This document shows positions 59,578 to 64,000 of a stretch of DNA of 64,000 bases, one piece after another. A model generated the notes under the pieces. The model was not told the DNA's origin. It searched no databases and saw only the letters and a program-made list of their open reading frames with translations. The stretch covers positions 96,001 through 160,000 of the forward strand of contig JBOEGD010000024.1 of the NCBI GenBank assembly GCA_050633245.1. The letters run 5' to 3'. The position numbers were made by a program, and so were the translations under genes. Origin of the DNA: Calditrichia bacterium. Lineage in GTDB: Bacteria; Calditrichota; Calditrichia; RBG-13-44-9; J075. The first letter of the stretch is position 1. Every line of letters begins with the position of its first letter.

Positions 59578-60783
59578 ATGAGGTATTCTTTACGCGTTGT
59601 ATTCGTAGCCTTAGGTGTTTTAAGCTTTTCATTATTGGCGCAGGTGCAGGTTGAAACCGTTACGCCAAACGCTTTTAACGGAAGTGGCGGGGTGGTGGTG
59701 AATGCGGCCGGTGAAGTTTTTGTTGGTGACTTTGGTCAGACACTTGGCGGTAACCCTTATGGTACTACGGTAAAACAGGTTGATCTGACTGATGGTTCTG
59801 TTTCTGTATTTGCCACTGGCTTGAACGGTGCCTCAGGCAATGCGTTCGACAGTCAGGGTAATCTATATCAGTCCAATATCGGCGGGAGTTTTATTAGCAA
59901 AATCGACCCGGCTGGTAATGTAACCACCTTTACCAGCACCGGAATTGCCGGGCCGGTTGGTATTGCTGTGGGGGCCAACGATACGGTTTATGTGGCAAAT
60001 TGTGGCAACAGCACAATTCGCAAAATTGCTCCGGACGGGTCCTCAATGGCCTTTGCATCAGGAGGTCTGTTTAACTGCCCAAATGGCCTGACCATCGATG
60101 AAAACGGCATCTTATATACGGCCAACTTCAGCAATGGAAACGTAATTAAAATTGAACCCGACGGAACGGCAAGTATACTTGCAACTATCCCGGGGAATAA
60201 TAACGGGCATTTGACCTATGCAAATGGTCGCCTGTATGTTGTTGGGCGCTGTACAAATCGCATCTATGAAGTAAGTCTTAGTGGTGATGTCACCTGGCTT
60301 GCCGGTAGTGGGCAACGCGGTAACGCGGATGGCCCTGCAGCTTCGGCGAGCTTCTCGATTCCCAACGGCATTGCCGCCAGCCCGGATGGCAGCGCATTGT
60401 ATATTAATGATGCGGTTCCGACTTCCGGCGGATGCTTTAATGGTCTGTTGAACCAGGTGGTACTGCGTAAGATTACGCTAACTACGACCGGTGTCGAGCC
60501 GATAGCCGGTAGCGTTGCTACAGATTTTCAGCTTGACCAAAATTATCCAAACCCGTTTAATCCATCCACGTCGATCCGCTTTGAACTACCGCACGCCACG
60601 GATGTACGCCTGACCGTGTTCGACGTATCGGGTAGGGAAGTGGCAACGCTGGTAGATGAACCGAAAAATGCTGGAGTCTACCTTGCCACATTTGAAGGTC
60701 ACCAATTGCCGTCCGGCGTTTATTTCTATCGTCTGCAAACAAGCGAACGTACACTGGTGCGCAAAATGACCTTGAATAAATAA
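59578..60783 (+). CDS. Secreted NHL/Vgb-like beta-propeller protein with T9SS-like C-terminal domain
   Basis: GAGGAGG RBS; signal peptide; repeated P.G.A.D..G.LY motifs; QNYPNPFNP...SGVYFYRL...KMTLNK. Confidence 0.85.
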   Translation: MRYSLRVVFVALGVLSFSLLAQVQVETVTPNAFNGSGGVVVNAAGEVFVGDFGQTLGGNPYGTTVKQVDLTDGSVSVFATGLNGASGNAFDSQGNLYQSNIGGSFISKIDPAGNVTTFTSTGIAGPVGIAVGANDTVYVANCGNSTIRKIAPDGSSMAFASGGLFNCPNGLTIDENGILYTANFSNGNVIKIEPDGTASILATIPGNNNGHLTYANGRLYVVGRCTNRIYEVSLSGDVTWLAGSGQRGNADGPAASASFSIPNGIAASPDGSALYINDAVPTSGGCFNGLLNQVVLRKITLTTTGVEPIAGSVATDFQLDQNYPNPFNPSTSIRFELPHATDVRLTVFDVSGREVATLVDEPKNAGVYLATFEGHQLPSGVYFYRLQTSERTLVRKMTLNK

Positions 60784-60788
60784 GGCTG

Positions 60789-60920
60789 GACTGGAGCAGT
60801 TTTCAAAAGACTGGAGCAGTTTTCAAAAGACTGGAGCAGTTTTCAAAAGACTGGAGCAGTTTTTAAAAGACTGGAGCAGTTTTCAAAAGACTGGAGCAGT
60901 TTTTAAAACTGCTCCAGTCT
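60789..60920. repeat. Six tandem 20-bp repeats GACTGGAGCAGTTTT(C/T)AAAA ending in an inverted copy
   Basis: Units start at 60789, 60809, 60829, 60849, 60869, 60889; the last forms the hairpin AGACTGGAGCAGTTTT-T-AAAACTGCTCCAGTCT. Confidence 0.95.
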
Positions 60921-61018
60921 AATTCCCTCACCTATTTTGATATTTTCCGCTAAAGCGGTATCTTTTTTTTGACCATGCGTTAGAATTTCAAACGCTTGTC
61001 GAAAAAAAGAGGCGGATA

Positions 61019-61651
61019 ATGTCCAAGCCAACCACAGGAACAGGCAGAGTCGCGCGAAAGCGACAACAGCGCATTTTGAAGATCTATGATGAGGCTGCAA
61101 AGCTCTTTGCGAATAAGGGCTATCATGCAACCAGTATGGAAGACATTGCCGCAGCAATGGATCTTCAAAAAGGCAGCCTTTATTATTACTTTTCCTCAAA
61201 AGAAGCTCTTCTCTGCGAACTGGTTGAGAGGCAGATCGATGCAGCGGTAGATATTTTACACGACATCCATGCAGCGGCCGAGCAGCCAACTGAAAAGTTT
61301 CGTCGGGCAGTTCAGGCTCACCTCGAATTATTTAATCGACACGCAGACATTCATTCCATCTTCCTATTTGAAAATCTCGGAACCATTAATCGTGAGCTTG
61401 CTACGTCCGTCGAGGACCTGGCAAAGCGCTATCGCGACGCCTGGCGACATTTATTTGAAAGCGGCGTCGCTGCCGGTGAGTTTCGTCAGGATTTGGATGT
61501 TTCCCTTACGATAATGGCTTTTGAAGGCATGATGAACTTTACAGTAATGTGGTTTCGACGCGATGGGAGGCTGACAATTGAACAGGCTACAGACAGCTTT
61601 ATTAAGCTTATGCTCAATGGAGTTTTAAGTAGTCCAATACATGATAAATAA
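61019..61651 (+). CDS. TetR/AcrR family regulator (KstR2/FadR-like C-terminal domain)
   Basis: AAKLFANKGYHATSMEDIA...KGSLYYYFSSKE; GEFR, MNFTVMWFRRDG. Confidence 0.92.
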   Translation: MSKPTTGTGRVARKRQQRILKIYDEAAKLFANKGYHATSMEDIAAAMDLQKGSLYYYFSSKEALLCELVERQIDAAVDILHDIHAAAEQPTEKFRRAVQAHLELFNRHADIHSIFLFENLGTINRELATSVEDLAKRYRDAWRHLFESGVAAGEFRQDLDVSLTIMAFEGMMNFTVMWFRRDGRLTIEQATDSFIKLMLNGVLSSPIHDK

Positions 61652-61916
61652 AAATCTAACGACGGTTTGAATTTTGACTGAAAATTTGATGTTAAGTTCA
61701 CATTCGCTATATTCTTTAGAGATTTTTAACATAAATGACGTTTAATTTTAATACTAATAAATATGTTCTTATCTGCGTAACGCTAAATGAAGTGTCGCTG
61801 ATTATTCTGGAATCAGCAATTGCCAAACAGATATGAGCACTATGTGAAGGTTTATTCTAACCCAATAAGCCTTTTCGCATGATTCCCAAATCCTATCTAT
61901 CACTTATGGAGGTGTT

Positions 61917-64000
61917 ATGATACGAACACTACAATTAAGCCTATTGCTTCTGTGCTTTCTGGGAGCACAAGCTTTAGCTACCGGAGTTCTCAAAGGAAAA
62001 GTAACAAGCCTTACCGGTGAGGAAATCGTTGGAGCAAATGTTGTTGTTGAGGGCTCTGAAATGGGTGCGGCAACGAATGCCACCGGCGAATACATGATCG
62101 ACAATGTTCCCGCAGGCACGTATGTTGTCAGCGTTAGCTATATCGGTTACAAAGATGATCAGCGCAATGTAACAATTGCCGACGGACAAACGGCGATGAT
62201 TGATTTTCGACTTGCAGAAGAGTCTGTCGCAATCGGTGGTGTGCTGGTTTATGGTGCTTCCCGTAAGCTTGAGCGTATTACCGACGCTCCTGCAGCGGTA
62301 AGCGTTATTCCTGAAATCGAGCTAAAGCGTTATTCTGCAACCGGACAAGCTCCGCTTCTATTCGATAGTGAGCCCGGTGTTGATCTGGTTCAAAACGGAA
62401 TGTCTGACTTCAACCTGAACACGCGTGGATTTAACAGTTCGCTGAATCGCCGCGTTTTGGTACTGGTTGACAACCGTCAGCCTGCTACTGCCTTTCTGGG
62501 AAATCAGGAGTGGAACGGTCTTAGTAAGCCGCTTGATGATCTTGGCAGTATTGAAATGATTCGTGGTCCCGGCTCTGCTCTATATGGTGCAAATGCCTAT
62601 ACCGGTGTTGTGAATATTACAACGCCTTCTCCGCGTGATATAGTAGGAACCCGGGTTTCATTTAGCGCAGGTGAGAAAAACTCTTTTGGTAATGACTTCC
62701 GCACCGCCGAAGTCCTTGGCAACTGGAGCTATAAGTTTAACATTGGTTACAAGCAAAGCGGAACCTGGTCTCAGTCGCGTAATCTTTCTTCAAGCACAAT
62801 TGCCGCAAATGAAGTAGAGGAATATTCTACGCTAAGTCCGGAAGCTGTTCCGCTCGATGAAAGCAAGCTTCGTAACTACTACGGCTCAGCTCGTTTGGAT
62901 TACGATTTCCAAAACAGCAGCTATCTGTCGTTTGAAACGGGTATGGCTCAAGGCGAAAATGAAGTTGCTGTTACCGGTCTTGGCCGCGTTCAAATTACCG
63001 AATCTTTCCGCCCATTCTGGCGCACTGCATATACCGCTGAGAATCTGTTTTTTCAGGTAGATTATACCGGTCGCACAACCGGTGGACCAACGCATCAGCG
63101 TTCACTCTCTTCCGGCGCCAGCTTTGAAGAAGATTCCGATACCTATAATCTGCAGGCTCAGACAAACTTTGATGTAATGGACGAGAAAGTTCGCTTCGTT
63201 GCCGGAGTTTCTCAGCGTTTTCAGAGTGTCGATACCCGCGAAACTCTTACGCCAGACGATTACTTTGACAATCAGACCGGTATTTATGGCCAGGTCGATA
63301 TCAAACTCGGCGAAATGATTAGTCTTGTTGGTGCTGCTCGTGTAGATCGCAGTACGCTGCACGATACTGAGTTCTCTCCGAAAGCAGCTATTGTATTCTC
63401 TCCATCCAAATCGCATTCATTCCGTGGAACGTTTAATAAGGCTTTCCAGACACCGAACTATTCCGAGCTTTATCTGCGCGCTCCTGCCGGTCTGCCGGTA
63501 AACCTGGCACCGCTTGAAGCAGGAATTGAAGCGGGAATCGAAAATGCATTAGGACTTCCTCCGGGATCAATCGACCTGCCGTTGAACTTTGGTGTAACAC
63601 CTGTTTTAGCACTGGGTAATGAGGATCTTGAAGTTGAGAAAGTAACGGGTTTTGAGTTTGGTTATAAGGGTATCATCAGTAATAAGTTCTTCCTGACAGC
63701 TGATGTGTATTTCAATCAACTGGATAACTTTGTTACTGACCTTCTGCCGGGTGTAAATCCAACGTATCCGACTTATACTGTTCCTGCAGGAATTAATCCT
63801 GCATTTATCCCTTCAATTGAAGCCGGTATTGCCGCTGCACTCGGTCCTAATGCACCGTTGTTCTCTACACTTCCTGATGGATCACAGGCATTAGTTGTTT
63901 CCTATGCTAATGAAGGTGAAGTGGAAGAGCGTGGTGTAGAGATTGGCGCAAATTTTTATGTCACTGACGAATTATTACTTAGCGGGAACATGACGTATTT
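61917..64000 (+). CDS. TonB-dependent transporter; 3' end runs off the window
   Basis: Absent from the ORF track. GGAGG RBS, ATG 61917; MIRTLQLSLLLL...GVLKGKV; APAAVSVI, NTRGFN, IEMIRGPGSALYGANA plug motif. Confidence 0.92.
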   Translation, partial: MIRTLQLSLLLLCFLGAQALATGVLKGKVTSLTGEEIVGANVVVEGSEMGAATNATGEYMIDNVPAGTYVVSVSYIGYKDDQRNVTIADGQTAMIDFRLAEESVAIGGVLVYGASRKLERITDAPAAVSVIPEIELKRYSATGQAPLLFDSEPGVDLVQNGMSDFNLNTRGFNSSLNRRVLVLVDNRQPATAFLGNQEWNGLSKPLDDLGSIEMIRGPGSALYGANAYTGVVNITTPSPRDIVGTRVSFSAGEKNSFGNDFRTAEVLGNWSYKFNIGYKQSGTWSQSRNLSSSTIAANEVEEYSTLSPEAVPLDESKLRNYYGSARLDYDFQNSSYLSFETGMAQGENEVAVTGLGRVQITESFRPFWRTAYTAENLFFQVDYTGRTTGGPTHQRSLSSGASFEEDSDTYNLQAQTNFDVMDEKVRFVAGVSQRFQSVDTRETLTPDDYFDNQTGIYGQVDIKLGEMISLVGAARVDRSTLHDTEFSPKAAIVFSPSKSHSFRGTFNKAFQTPNYSELYLRAPAGLPVNLAPLEAGIEAGIENALGLPPGSIDLPLNFGVTPVLALGNEDLEVEKVTGFEFGYKGIISNKFFLTADVYFNQLDNFVTDLLPGVNPTYPTYTVPAGINPAFIPSIEAGIAAALGPNAPLFSTLPDGSQALVVSYANEGEVEERGVEIGANFYVTDELLLSGNMTY

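Noticed and set aside
60789-60920. CRISPR array
   Set aside because: Repeats are contiguous with no unique spacers, and no cas genes are in the window.
61904-63416. Short ORFs in the track near the window end
   Set aside because: They are shadows of the partial TBDT starting at 61917.

Overview
A 64-kb bacterial chromosomal segment. The gene content (T9SS/FlgD-type C-terminal sorting domains, a PorV-like barrel, a GWxTD protein, TonB-dependent transporters without SusD, a Bacteroidota-type DAHP synthase-chorismate mutase, clear Shine-Dalgarno sites) points to an FCB-related lineage such as Calditrichota/KSB1; this placement is inference only. It carries a partial GH13 alpha-amylase, an aromatic amino acid operon, glnA and an ACT-containing glnE, signalling genes, several secreted or outer-membrane protein clusters, prc, era, and a TetR gene followed by a partial TBDT. 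I saw no rRNA, tRNA, CRISPR array or intact transposase. The main signals not explained by the ORF track are: (1) an unannotated Phe/Tyr/Trp-rich leader peptide (MKRYSHLFFFFGYYYWPKSGT) with a promoter, antiterminator and terminator upstream of pheA; (2) an ArsC/Spx-fold selenoprotein with an in-frame UGA (UxxC) and a SECIS-like hairpin; (3) an apparently catalytically dead tyrosine-recombinase-fold gene between glnA and glnE; (4) a TBDT + CTD cargo + PorV operon, followed by a GWxTD gene, that may be a SusD-independent uptake/surface system; (5) several unusual repeats and candidate structured RNAs. All family assignments come from motif recognition by eye, with no database searches.
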